Of a stretch of DNA of 54,687 nucleotides, positions 1 through 8,732 are shown in pieces (position 1 is the stretch's first letter; each line of letters opens with the position of its first letter). The stretch is from a virus (Duplodnaviria; Caudoviricetes). Position numbers and translations under genes: made by a program. Below the pieces are notes generated by a model. That model had not been told where the DNA came from. It made no database searches and saw only the letters and a program-made list of their open reading frames with translations. The stretch covers positions 1 to 54,687 of the IMG/VR virus record IMGVR_UViG_3300033067_001389. One strand, written 5' to 3'.

Positions 1-57
1 GAATTCCCCGGTCACGCTGTTGGTTCCGGCGACAGTCTTGGTGGCGATGACTTTCAT
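1..57 (-). CDS. 5' end of an early-type hypothetical protein (MKVIATKTVAGTNSVTGEF..., runs off the window)
   Basis: ATG at 57 on - strand with AAAGGGAACCAA leader, the same leader style as genes at 53878 and 54188, downstream of the promoter at 103-131. Confidence 0.6.
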   Translation of the reverse strand, partial: MKVIATKTVAGTNSVTGEF

Positions 58-102
58 TTGGTTCCCTTTGCGTTGTTCGGTGTTCCCGTCTGCGATGGTT
101 TA

Positions 103-131
103 TTTATCGGTTATTGGTAATCGAAAGTCAA
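103..131 (-). promoter_or_regulatory. sigma70-type early promoter TTGACT-N17-GATAAA with TACCAATAAC box in spacer
   Basis: Same architecture as four promoters at 51.0-54.3 kb. Confidence 0.75.
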
Positions 132-179
132 CAGCGTTTACCAAAAATTCGAAAACATTTTTCAAATTGTGGGCAAGCG

Positions 180-476
180 ATGGCAGGTAACCCCGAAGTA
201 TCCCCGGTCCCGCGGGACGAGTTCCGAACGTGGTTGGAGGCCGCTTTCCCGCAATTCAAAGACGTGTTTTGCTTCGAACGCGGGTACACCGGGAGGGGGC
301 GGGAGGTGTGGGTCGCCGTTGATGAGGACGGCGGGACCGCGGCGTCCGGACTCACGGCGACGGGAAAAGAAATCCGCCAGATGATGAAGATGGGGGCACG
401 GCGGATTCCCGAAGACCCAGACGACGATATTGAGGATGTCGCGCCTTTGGTGTCGCTGGACTGGTCGGATTTTTGA
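180..476 (+). CDS. hypothetical protein with acidic C-terminus
   Basis: ORF 114..476; ATG at 180 is more plausible because the upstream part is the AT-rich promoter region. Confidence 0.5.
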   Translation: MAGNPEVSPVPRDEFRTWLEAAFPQFKDVFCFERGYTGRGREVWVAVDEDGGTAASGLTATGKEIRQMMKMGARRIPEDPDDDIEDVAPLVSLDWSDF

Positions 477-783
477 CTTCCCCCGGACCGATTCGCCGAT
501 ATCATTTCAGACGAGACGTTTTCACAAAGGTTTCAATGTTCGCATTATTCGCTATATTCGGGATGATGTGCTGTTGGGTGGGCGATTGCCTGACCCTCTA
601 CGCGTCGCGGATTGGCCCCCGTCCAACGCCAAGCCGACGGGGTTCCAGATACTCCACCCCATCCCCTTCGCCCCCGCGCCGTAATTGCGCGAAAACTTCG
701 AAAGACGCTTCTATGTGGGGCGCGGGTTGCCAATCACCTGCGCCCCGTTTCTTTGCGCTATGCGATAATTCCAAATCGGTGGT

Positions 784-1017
784 ATGATGCCGCAACATCG
801 CAAACCGTCCCGCATCGCCACAAACACTCACAACGTTTGCCCGGCGTGTGGAAAAGACATCCCGCCCGGTGTGATGGGGCGGTCGTTTGGGGACACGTCG
901 TTTCGGGCGGCGAGAAAAGCGACGACCGAGATACGTTGCCCGCATTGCGATGCGGTGCTTGCGGTGCGATTGGATTATTGGTTTACCCTAACATACGACC
1001 CCGCGCGCGAGACCTGA
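784..1017 (+). CDS. small zinc-ribbon protein
   Basis: CPAC...CPHC pairs; ends 1 nt before the portal ATG. Confidence 0.6.
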   Translation: MMPQHRKPSRIATNTHNVCPACGKDIPPGVMGRSFGDTSFRAARKATTEIRCPHCDAVLAVRLDYWFTLTYDPARET

Positions 1018-1018
1018 A

Positions 1019-2626
1019 ATGCTGTCGCCTCTTGCAACAAATCGACAGGTCGAAGCCGCTAATTGGCTGTCCGACAATTTCCCATTGATGTATCGGGCGG
1101 CGAGCGCTCCCACCACCAATTACGCGATTCGCTCCGCCCTCTACGGAATGATTGCATCGCGGCTGCTGGACTCCGGAAGCCGTGACATCGACACGGAGGC
1201 CGGGTATCTGCCGATTATTTCGGTGGCGGCGTATGGGCAAATGTACGACCGGGAAGGGCTCGGGCAACGCGTTGTCCACTTGTGGTCGGATGAATGCTGG
1301 TTGGCGACCCCCACGTTCCGCGAGACGGAGCGGGACAAAGAGACAACGTGGGAAACAAACTGGAAGGCGTGGGACCGCAAAACGCGATTTGTGCGGTCGC
1401 TTTACACATTGGATCAGATTTCCGGGGTGGGGCATTTCGGGGCGATGTTTCTCGGGCTGTCGGACAAACTTTCCCCGGACCAACCTGTGAAGGGGTGGGA
1501 AAGGGGCGAACCGGAATCACCCGGCCGCGAGTTGCAATTACTGTTCACGCGATGTTTTGACGAACGGTCGGTGACGATTGACAAGTTCGACACGGACCCC
1601 ATGTCGCCGCGCTTTGGGATGCCGTCCTACTACCGGTTCAATCTCAACACCACAAACCCGCTCGCGGACGCGGTAGAGCCGAACAAACCGAACCACGTCA
1701 CGGTCCATTGGTCCCGCGTTATTCACTATGCGGACAATTGCCGTTCGTCGCCCATCTATGGGGTCCCGCGGCAGCGCCCCGTGTTTAACTATCTGTTGAA
1801 CGTCCGGAAAATCGCCGCGGGCTCGCCTGAAATGATGTGGAAGGGCGGTTGTCCGGGGTTGTCGTTCGAACTGATGCCGGAACTGCTGACGTCCGGGCAA
1901 TCGGTGCAGATCGATAAAGAGGCGCTGCGGGAGGAGATGCAACGGTTTTCGGACGGGTTGCAACGGTATGTAGCGGTTGAAGGCGTCACGACCAAAACCC
2001 TCCCGGTCCAAGTCGCCGATCCCGGCCCCCATATCGACCAACAACTTCGTTTAATTTCCATCACGATGGACGTTCCGAAACGTCTGCTGGAGGGTTCGGA
2101 ACGGGGGGAACTGTCGTCGGAACAGGACGGCGACAACTGGAAGATGCGGGTCCAGAGACAGCGCGAGATGTACCGCGTCCCCGATCTCGTCGAACCGGCC
2201 ATTGAACGTTTGATGTTGTTGGGCGTTGTCCCGCAACTGGAAGACCTGATTATTGGATGGGGTACGGAAAAATCCCTCACACCTGAAAAGCGGGCGGACA
2301 TCGCCGAAAAACTTACCCGCGCGATGGGGGCGTATGTCGCGCAGGATGTCAGTCTGTTGGTTCCTCCCGAAATCTGGTTGCGCGAAGTGTGCGGAATCGA
2401 GGAGGAGGTGGTCGATGCCATCAGCGACGAACAGGACAATTGGTTGATGCTGGAGGAGGCGCACGATGCCGCAGCGAACACGCCCGAGGGGACCGCGAGT
2501 GATGGGGGCGGCGCTCCGCCAGCGTCGGGACCGCAAGGCGGCGATGGTGGCGATAACAGCGACCCACAAGATGGGAACGCCGACCGCAAACGCCCGCCCG
2601 CCAGAACCGCGGCGGCGACGTCTTAA
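1019..2626 (+). CDS. portal protein, DUF1073-like
   Basis: 535 aa, first gene of head module; DPMSPRFGMP and VHWSRVIH motifs typical of DUF1073 portals; low-complexity acidic tail. Confidence 0.8.
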   Translation: MLSPLATNRQVEAANWLSDNFPLMYRAASAPTTNYAIRSALYGMIASRLLDSGSRDIDTEAGYLPIISVAAYGQMYDREGLGQRVVHLWSDECWLATPTFRETERDKETTWETNWKAWDRKTRFVRSLYTLDQISGVGHFGAMFLGLSDKLSPDQPVKGWERGEPESPGRELQLLFTRCFDERSVTIDKFDTDPMSPRFGMPSYYRFNLNTTNPLADAVEPNKPNHVTVHWSRVIHYADNCRSSPIYGVPRQRPVFNYLLNVRKIAAGSPEMMWKGGCPGLSFELMPELLTSGQSVQIDKEALREEMQRFSDGLQRYVAVEGVTTKTLPVQVADPGPHIDQQLRLISITMDVPKRLLEGSERGELSSEQDGDNWKMRVQRQREMYRVPDLVEPAIERLMLLGVVPQLEDLIIGWGTEKSLTPEKRADIAEKLTRAMGAYVAQDVSLLVPPEIWLREVCGIEEEVVDAISDEQDNWLMLEEAHDAAANTPEGTASDGGGAPPASGPQGGDGGDNSDPQDGNADRKRPPARTAAATS

Positions 2627-5600
2627 CCCTATCGACGTCGATCCGTCCCGGACGTTCGCACTCCGCAAAAAAGCGGTAGCGGATACGGACAGGCGGTTCC
2701 GCGCGCTGGAAAAGGCTATCGTCGATCTGGTTGGGAAAGAGGACGTTTTCGGGTTGGGGGGTGGGACGTCCCCAACGGGGAACAGTCGGTGGGCGTTCAC
2801 GACCACGCCCGAGAAATTGGGGCTTTTCCAGACGTGGTTATCCGGGCAGGTGTCCGCGGGGATTCTGGAAGCGAAAACTGGCCCGGACGGACCGGAGCCG
2901 TGGCAAGCGCCCTACGTCAAATCCGCCCATCAAAAGGGCGTCGCGCGGGCGTATGCGGACGCGAACAAGGCGAGTTTGAACGCTAACCCCATCGCCTATA
3001 AAGGGGGATATTCTCAATTCGTTCAAGACGCGTTTTCGTCCCCGGTGATGACGTCCAAAGTCGCGATGATTGTCCAACGGGACTACACGCAATTGAAGGG
3101 CATGACGGATGCCATGTCCCAGCAATTGGGACTGACGATGGGGGAAGCGATTTCGCGGGGTTGGGGTTCGGAAAAGACCGCGCGGGAGTTGGTCAAAAAG
3201 GTATCGATCTCGAAACAACGCGCCCGCACCATCGCCCGAACAGAAATCATCCACGCCCACGCGGAAGGGCAGTTAGATTCTTTCGAGTTGTTGGGTATCG
3301 ACGATATTGCCGTTATGGCGGAGTGGACCACGGCGGGGGACGGCGGGGTGTGTCCCCTGTGTCAACCGCTGAACGGGGCGGTCATGAAAGTTTCGGAGGC
3401 GCGGGGGCTCATCCCCCGGCATCCGAATTGCCGTTGTGCGTGGCAACCGGCGAACATCGGCGAGTCACCCGCCAAACAAATCTGGGGGAAGGATCGGAAA
3501 AAGGCGTTTGCGGATTCCGTGGCGGCAGAGGGTGCGAAGGGGGCCGACCCGGTGGAAGTGCGCGCGAAGTCTCGGTGGAAAGGCGCTGATTCTCGTCTAT
3601 CTGATAATCCCGAGGGGTCACAATATGCTGCGGTCAAATTGGGACAAGCTCAGTCGGACGCCAAGCGACTGGCGATGGCAGAAAAGGCTCTTGCAGAGCA
3701 GCAAGCCGCGGAAGCGGCGGCAGCAAAAGCCGCGGCGGATTTGCTCGAAAAGAAAACACAGACCGCTATCAATCTGGGGCTTGGGTTGGATGCTGGCGAT
3801 ATTGCGGATGATGGGATTTCTCCGAATGTGAGTGGTTACAAAAAGTGGTTTGCGGGTGTTGGATTGACGGAACAACAAATCGCGGACGCGATGCCCACCA
3901 TTCAAACATGGATCGACGCGCCCACGGGCGACATGTCGAAAACCGTGACACAGATGGTGAATTACGTCAACGCCACGAAAGCGCAGGTAAAGGCCGCGGC
4001 AGAGAAAAAAGCGTTGTTGGATAAATACGATCTGGTTGAGGCTGATCTATTTGAAGTTTCGGACGGGACCCAATCGTTCACGACGGGCAAACTGAAAAAA
4101 CTGGCGGCCGATTTTGCCTACGATGTGGAAAATGGGTCTCCGCAATATCAAAAGATGTGGGGACGTCTTTTGAATGCGGAGGACTGGAAAGCACAATTGC
4201 AGGTAATCGAATCCTCACAAGCCGCAGCGTGGGCGGCGAAACAGTCGATTGCCGAAGCGGCGAAACAGGCCAGTATTGCCACGGCGAAAAAATACGGCGT
4301 GTCTGTAGATGATTTGTTGTACGTGCCCAACGAAAAAGCATACGTGGTCAGTTCAACGATGTTGCAAGATATGGCGACGTCCCAAGGGGTGGCGCTGGAT
4401 TCCGATTTGTTTAACGCGCTTGTTTTGGAGCCCATCGACGTGGTCGATGCTGGGTTGACGGCGGCGAAGGCGAAAATCATCGCGGTACAAAAAGCGACCG
4501 CGGAAGCCGCACAACAGGTGGCGGAGGCCGCTACGAAATCGGTTTCGACCAAGGTGGCGGACGAGTTCACGGCGGCGAAATTGAAGTTCTACAAATACAA
4601 AGGCGCGGGCATCACGTCGAAAGGGACGTTGAACAAACCCGCCCTGACGGCGGTGGTGAAAGGCCAGAATTTGGGGACGGATTTTGAGGAATCGGAAGCG
4701 CTGAAAAAAGCACTCAAAACAGCCACCAACGCAACCGAACAGGTGATGGCGGTGGAAAAGGCGGCGATTGATTGGGCGTCGACGCAAGGCGTCACCAACC
4801 CGGTTCCCGCGGCGGTTGTGGTTGAGGCGGTTCGTCCCGCGGGCGCGCCCGATCCCACCAAGTTGACTTTCGTCCGCTCGCTCCCCGGTTCGACGCGTCC
4901 CAATTTGATGCGCGACGAGTCGACCGGGAAGTTGTGGGTCGTCAAGTCGGGATTGAATCCCGAACATCTGAAATCGGAGGCGCTGGCGGACGACCTCTAT
5001 CGAATCATGGGGGCGAAAGTTCCGGCGTCCGGGATCATCGAGACGCGAGACGGTCCATTAAAATACGCGGAATTCATTCCGGATGGACAGACATTGGACA
5101 AGGTGACGAAAGCCGAATTCAACGCGGTCCGGGAAGAGTTGAAAAAACACTTCGTCGCGGATGCGTTGTTGAGCAATTACGACGTGGCCGGGTTGAGTCT
5201 CGACAATATCTACGTGGCGGGCGGTGTGGGATACCGCATCGATAATGGCGGTGCGATGTTGTTCCGCGCGCAGGGCGGGGCGAAGGCGTTCGGGGTGGAA
5301 GTGACCGAACTGAAAACGTTGCTGGACCCCAAAATCAACGCATCAACAGCAAAGGTGTTCGCGGGAATTTCTGATGATGAAATTCGAACACAAGTCGATG
5401 CTATTGTGTTGAAGCGGGAGCGAATTTTGTCCGCCATCCCGGATACCGATCTGCGGGACAAGATGGCGAAGCGTATCGACTGGTTGCAGGACACGTACGG
5501 GACCAAAGTCGTGGAGGCCCCGCGCCCGGCGCTGGGGAAGCGCGCCGCGGCGTACACGGTGGACGAGAAGACGGTCGAACGGATTCGCGACGCGCGGGCG

Positions 5601-7187
5601 AACGGACTCACCATTGCCGGGGACCGGGGTTCTATCGAGGACGTCGGGGTGCTCGTGTGGGAGGAGACCGATGCGAACGGAAACGCGGTTACCAAATTCT
5701 GGTTAAAGGCGACGCAAAAAGGTTCTGACGACATCATTCAAACGTTGGGCATCAAGGCCGCGGTAGGTTCATCGTCCGCCCCGAATGACGGGTATGCGTC
5801 CACGTGGGTGGAGATGGCGAAAACCCTGAACACGCATCAGGCGGATAAGGCGTTTAATCAATCCAAAGTCACGGCGTTTCTGAACAACTTCAACAACTTG
5901 AAAAACTACCAACCGGATGACCCGGTGGAAGTCGCCAAAAAGGCTCACTATCTGGCGTTGGGGGAACAGTTGAAAGCGGCACATACCGCGCTGCTGGACT
6001 CGCAACCGGCGACCATCCCTTTCGCGACGGCGTTTGACCCGTCGACGGTGGCCGTCAAACAGGCGGCGAAACCGACCGTCAAGACGGTGACGAAACCTCT
6101 GACGTTCCAGCAAGCAACCGCTACCGATGGGCGATTGACGCGAAACACGTCGGTCACGGCGATTTCCGGGACGTCCGCCCATCACGCTGATTTCGACGGG
6201 GCGGCGGTCAAATTTGTTCCCGTGATGGATGGACGGAACAGCCGGTCGGGGCTCGCGTTCGAAGGGTTGGTGGAAATCACAGTCGACGGTCCGGCGTCCG
6301 TCGACACGGTTTCCCGCGGGCTCGCGACACTTCGGGAAATCGGCATCGATACCCGGCCGCCGACTCCCGCCTATGAGGAGGCGCTTTATCTCCATCGGGG
6401 CGTCTATTTGCGGGGTGAGGCGGATTCCCAATCGTATAAGCAGATATGGGAAAACCAGACACTCGCGGATGATGCAAAAGTCGTCGCGATGAAAAGCTGG
6501 ATTAAAGAGAATATGGGCATCGACGTTGAAAAAATCGGTGACGCCTACAACCCGACGGGGGTTACAAAGACGAGTTTCGGTCACGGCCAGCGATATTGGA
6601 CGCGATGGGATTTGCCTCCAGAAAAGGCGGCATCCGAGTTGAAAGACTTGCGGTTGGTTCACACATCCGGCGGGTTGTATTCGGGCAATATCGACGCGCT
6701 TAAGGCATCGTTGGAAGGCGTGTTGCAAACGGGCGGGGAGTTCACGTCGACACTGGACCGTGTTCGCAAGGGGGTTTCGTTGTCTGCTGGGGCATCGTCT
6801 CAAACGGACATCACGACAGGCGGGGCGAGTTATTTTTTCACGCGCATCAGAAAAGCCGATAAGACGTCTGGAGCCGGGGTGGCGTGGGTCTTCAAACCCG
6901 AACTACTTTCAAGACAGGATGCGGTGTCGTATTCCGGCGACTCTTTCGGGCGCATTTCCGGTTTTGGTAGTCGGGCGAGCACTGTTGATGAGTATCGGTC
7001 CTACGCTAGCAGTTCGTCCAATGAAACCATTTTCAAAGGCGGAATTTCTGTGTTGGATGATTTGGAATACATCCAAGTGGAAAACGAGACACAGAAAAAA
7101 GCGGTGGTAGCCATCTTCAAGAAAAACAAACTCGCCAAGCTCCCCGATGGGCGGAAGGCGGAAGACGTTGTAAAGGTGATTAAATGA
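2571..7187 (+). CDS. MuF/SPP1 gp7-like head morphogenesis protein with long extension containing a kinase-like (HipA/PI3-4K-like) domain and a C-terminal ADP-ribosyltransferase-like domain
   Basis: MuF motif RARTIARTE...VCPLC...IPRHPNCRC; kinase-like VVK...E..A..LY...DALLSNYD...DN...RIDNGG; C-terminal LVHT...TGGASYFFTR...NETIFK; start taken at ATG 2571 (ORF open from 2466). Confidence 0.8.
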   Translation: MGTPTANARPPEPRRRRLNPIDVDPSRTFALRKKAVADTDRRFRALEKAIVDLVGKEDVFGLGGGTSPTGNSRWAFTTTPEKLGLFQTWLSGQVSAGILEAKTGPDGPEPWQAPYVKSAHQKGVARAYADANKASLNANPIAYKGGYSQFVQDAFSSPVMTSKVAMIVQRDYTQLKGMTDAMSQQLGLTMGEAISRGWGSEKTARELVKKVSISKQRARTIARTEIIHAHAEGQLDSFELLGIDDIAVMAEWTTAGDGGVCPLCQPLNGAVMKVSEARGLIPRHPNCRCAWQPANIGESPAKQIWGKDRKKAFADSVAAEGAKGADPVEVRAKSRWKGADSRLSDNPEGSQYAAVKLGQAQSDAKRLAMAEKALAEQQAAEAAAAKAAADLLEKKTQTAINLGLGLDAGDIADDGISPNVSGYKKWFAGVGLTEQQIADAMPTIQTWIDAPTGDMSKTVTQMVNYVNATKAQVKAAAEKKALLDKYDLVEADLFEVSDGTQSFTTGKLKKLAADFAYDVENGSPQYQKMWGRLLNAEDWKAQLQVIESSQAAAWAAKQSIAEAAKQASIATAKKYGVSVDDLLYVPNEKAYVVSSTMLQDMATSQGVALDSDLFNALVLEPIDVVDAGLTAAKAKIIAVQKATAEAAQQVAEAATKSVSTKVADEFTAAKLKFYKYKGAGITSKGTLNKPALTAVVKGQNLGTDFEESEALKKALKTATNATEQVMAVEKAAIDWASTQGVTNPVPAAVVVEAVRPAGAPDPTKLTFVRSLPGSTRPNLMRDESTGKLWVVKSGLNPEHLKSEALADDLYRIMGAKVPASGIIETRDGPLKYAEFIPDGQTLDKVTKAEFNAVREELKKHFVADALLSNYDVAGLSLDNIYVAGGVGYRIDNGGAMLFRAQGGAKAFGVEVTELKTLLDPKINASTAKVFAGISDDEIRTQVDAIVLKRERILSAIPDTDLRDKMAKRIDWLQDTYGTKVVEAPRPALGKRAAAYTVDEKTVERIRDARANGLTIAGDRGSIEDVGVLVWEETDANGNAVTKFWLKATQKGSDDIIQTLGIKAAVGSSSAPNDGYASTWVEMAKTLNTHQADKAFNQSKVTAFLNNFNNLKNYQPDDPVEVAKKAHYLALGEQLKAAHTALLDSQPATIPFATAFDPSTVAVKQAAKPTVKTVTKPLTFQQATATDGRLTRNTSVTAISGTSAHHADFDGAAVKFVPVMDGRNSRSGLAFEGLVEITVDGPASVDTVSRGLATLREIGIDTRPPTPAYEEALYLHRGVYLRGEADSQSYKQIWENQTLADDAKVVAMKSWIKENMGIDVEKIGDAYNPTGVTKTSFGHGQRYWTRWDLPPEKAASELKDLRLVHTSGGLYSGNIDALKASLEGVLQTGGEFTSTLDRVRKGVSLSAGASSQTDITTGGASYFFTRIRKADKTSGAGVAWVFKPELLSRQDAVSYSGDSFGRISGFGSRASTVDEYRSYASSSSNETIFKGGISVLDDLEYIQVENETQKKAVVAIFKKNKLAKLPDGRKAEDVVKVIK

Positions 7188-7621
7188 TCGCAGGCGTCAC
7201 GGATCGGATGCGGTTGAGCACACTGGAAGCCGGGGGATGCGTGGTGATGGTGTCGCTTGATGCCGTACCTATCACGTCGTTCCCTGTGGCGCGCATCTGG
7301 TTCAACGAATCCGGCGACACGCTCCACGTCATCCAATTGGGTGCCGAGTCTCAACAGCATGCGCACGTGTGCTACCAACGGCGTATCACACATTGGCACA
7401 GTCGGGATATTGAATTGGATGCTGGGGATGGGTGGTCGTGGTACGTCTGTCCGATTGAGGAGGGACCATCGGACAGGGCGGAGGCGTGGCGGGGCGACTT
7501 CGCGCGATGGAAGGCGGTGCGGGAAAAGCCGGAAGTTCGCCGTATCATAAACGAATTTTCGGAAAGTGTTTTTGGGGTGATGCCCACGACGAAAGAGGGG
7601 AGGCCGGACACGGTCGCTTGA
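7184..7621 (+). CDS. hypothetical protein, candidate immunity protein for the MuF effector
   Basis: ATGA overlap with the MuF stop codon; small size; position typical of MuF toxin-immunity pairs. Confidence 0.45.
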   Translation: MIAGVTDRMRLSTLEAGGCVVMVSLDAVPITSFPVARIWFNESGDTLHVIQLGAESQQHAHVCYQRRITHWHSRDIELDAGDGWSWYVCPIEEGPSDRAEAWRGDFARWKAVREKPEVRRIINEFSESVFGVMPTTKEGRPDTVA

Positions 7622-7654
7622 GTCGGGGCGCTTCTATTCAAAGGGGGTTGCAGG

Positions 7655-7996
7655 ATGCTTGTTTTGACCGTCAGGGAAGACGATGAGGTGTTCTTGAACA
7701 ACACCAGAACAGGGGAACAGATGGCGGTCCTGATGCTGTCTGTTTCGCCGACTCGGTGCCGTGTCGGTTTTGAGTTCCCGCCACACTATTCAATTTTGCG
7801 CGGGGGGCTGAAAGACGATAACGCGGCTGATATGCCGAAGATGGCCGCCCGCCAACGTCTCCGCGATTATGTGATGGACCACATTTTGAAAATGGATGTT
7901 GAGGATGTGGCGAACCGTCTCGGGCTTCCCGAGACGGGCGGAAGCGAAGGGCGGGTGGTGCGGGATGCTCTGCACGAATTGCGACATCTTCAATAA
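7655..7996 (+). CDS. csrA: carbon storage regulator CsrA-like RNA-binding protein with C-terminal extension
   Basis: MLVLTVREDDEVFL...MLSVSPTRCRVGFEFPPHYSILRGGL aligns by eye with CsrA MLILTRRVGETLMI...[26 protein letters not shown]. Confidence 0.8.
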   Translation: MLVLTVREDDEVFLNNTRTGEQMAVLMLSVSPTRCRVGFEFPPHYSILRGGLKDDNAADMPKMAARQRLRDYVMDHILKMDVEDVANRLGLPETGGSEGRVVRDALHELRHLQ

Positions 7997-8026
7997 ATAA
8001 CCACGAATTCACGGCGTGTTGCAATG

Positions 8027-8065
8027 CAGGCGGGGTAGTCCTACTATCCCGCCTGTTGTCGTTTT
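8027..8065 (+). terminator. GC-rich hairpin with imperfect U-tract after csrA
   Basis: CAGGCGGGGTAG-TCCTA-CTATCCCGCCTG followed by TTGTCGTTTT. Confidence 0.55.
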
Positions 8066-8071
8066 CCAGCC

Positions 8072-8096
8072 ATACAAGGATGTTCTTTCATGGATG
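8072..8096 (+). promoter_or_regulatory. CsrA-binding sites over the RBS and start codon of the holin-like gene
   Basis: ATACAAGGATGT (8072-8083) matches the CsrA SELEX consensus RUACARGGAUGU at 12/12; second CATGGATG at 8089-8096. Confidence 0.65.
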
Positions 8097-8437
8097 CCGT
8101 CATCTCGACCGGGTTGCGAGTGCTCGAAGCGCAAGGCGCGGGCGCGTTGTTCATGGTGGCGATGCTGTTCATGGGGTGGCGTGTGATTGTGTGGGCCGCG
8201 CCGCGGGCGGAAAGGGCGCTTAACGCACACATGGAACACATGCAAAAGGTGGACAACCTTTTGACGCGGTTTGCCGAACGACAAGACACCATCGACAAGC
8301 GCACCGAGGACATGCATCAGACGCTCGGGCGGACAGTCGAAACGTTGGAAGACGCGGTCCGAAGTGTGGGTCAGGCTTGCCGCAGCGTGCGATGTACCAA
8401 GATCGACTGTCCGTTTATTCCGCCCGAGGGGCGGTAG
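8090..8437 (+). CDS. small membrane protein, holin-like (N-terminal TM helix plus coiled coil)
   Basis: Hydrophobic GAGALFMVAMLFMGWRVIVW segment followed by an amphipathic helix, a BhlA/UviB-like layout. Confidence 0.5.
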   Translation: MDAVISTGLRVLEAQGAGALFMVAMLFMGWRVIVWAAPRAERALNAHMEHMQKVDNLLTRFAERQDTIDKRTEDMHQTLGRTVETLEDAVRSVGQACRSVRCTKIDCPFIPPEGR

Positions 8438-8556
8438 GTTTTTTATGGTTACCACAACCACGCATTCCGGGTGTACGCTTTGCAGCGTGTTCCATCGATT
8501 GGCGTCGCGGCAAGTCGGGGCAATAATTGATACCGCCCTGACAACGAATAAGGCAA

Positions 8557-8610
8557 ATACCAATAACACGGAATATCATCCACAATCGCGGGATACCAAT
8601 AACACGGAAT
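8557..8610 (+). repeat. 18-bp direct repeat ATACCAATAACACGGAAT x2 (36-bp period) upstream of the capsid operon
   Basis: Exact copies at 8557-8574 and 8593-8610 in an AT-rich intergenic region. Confidence 0.85.
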
Positions 8611-8652
8611 GTAATCTGTTGGCGCAGAATCGCGAAAAGACGTGAAATGCGT

Positions 8653-8681
8653 TTGATACTTGCGGCGGTATAGAATAGATT
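8653..8681 (+). promoter_or_regulatory. candidate late promoter TTGATA-N17-TAGATT
   Basis: Near-consensus hexamers with 17-bp spacing about 50 nt before the protease ATG. Confidence 0.45.
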
Positions 8682-8732
8682 CCGACTCGTGACACATCGC
8701 AAGACGTTATTCACACCATCGCGAAGGCGACC

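Noticed and set aside
473-787. Possible small membrane protein (MFALFAIFGMMCCW...)
   Set aside because: Several overlapping ORFs compete here and none has a clear RBS or motif, so the coding frame could not be chosen.
8557-8610. 18-bp repeat pair as CRISPR or att site
   Set aside because: Only two copies with an 18-bp gap, no integrase seen, and the core matches the promoter box family.
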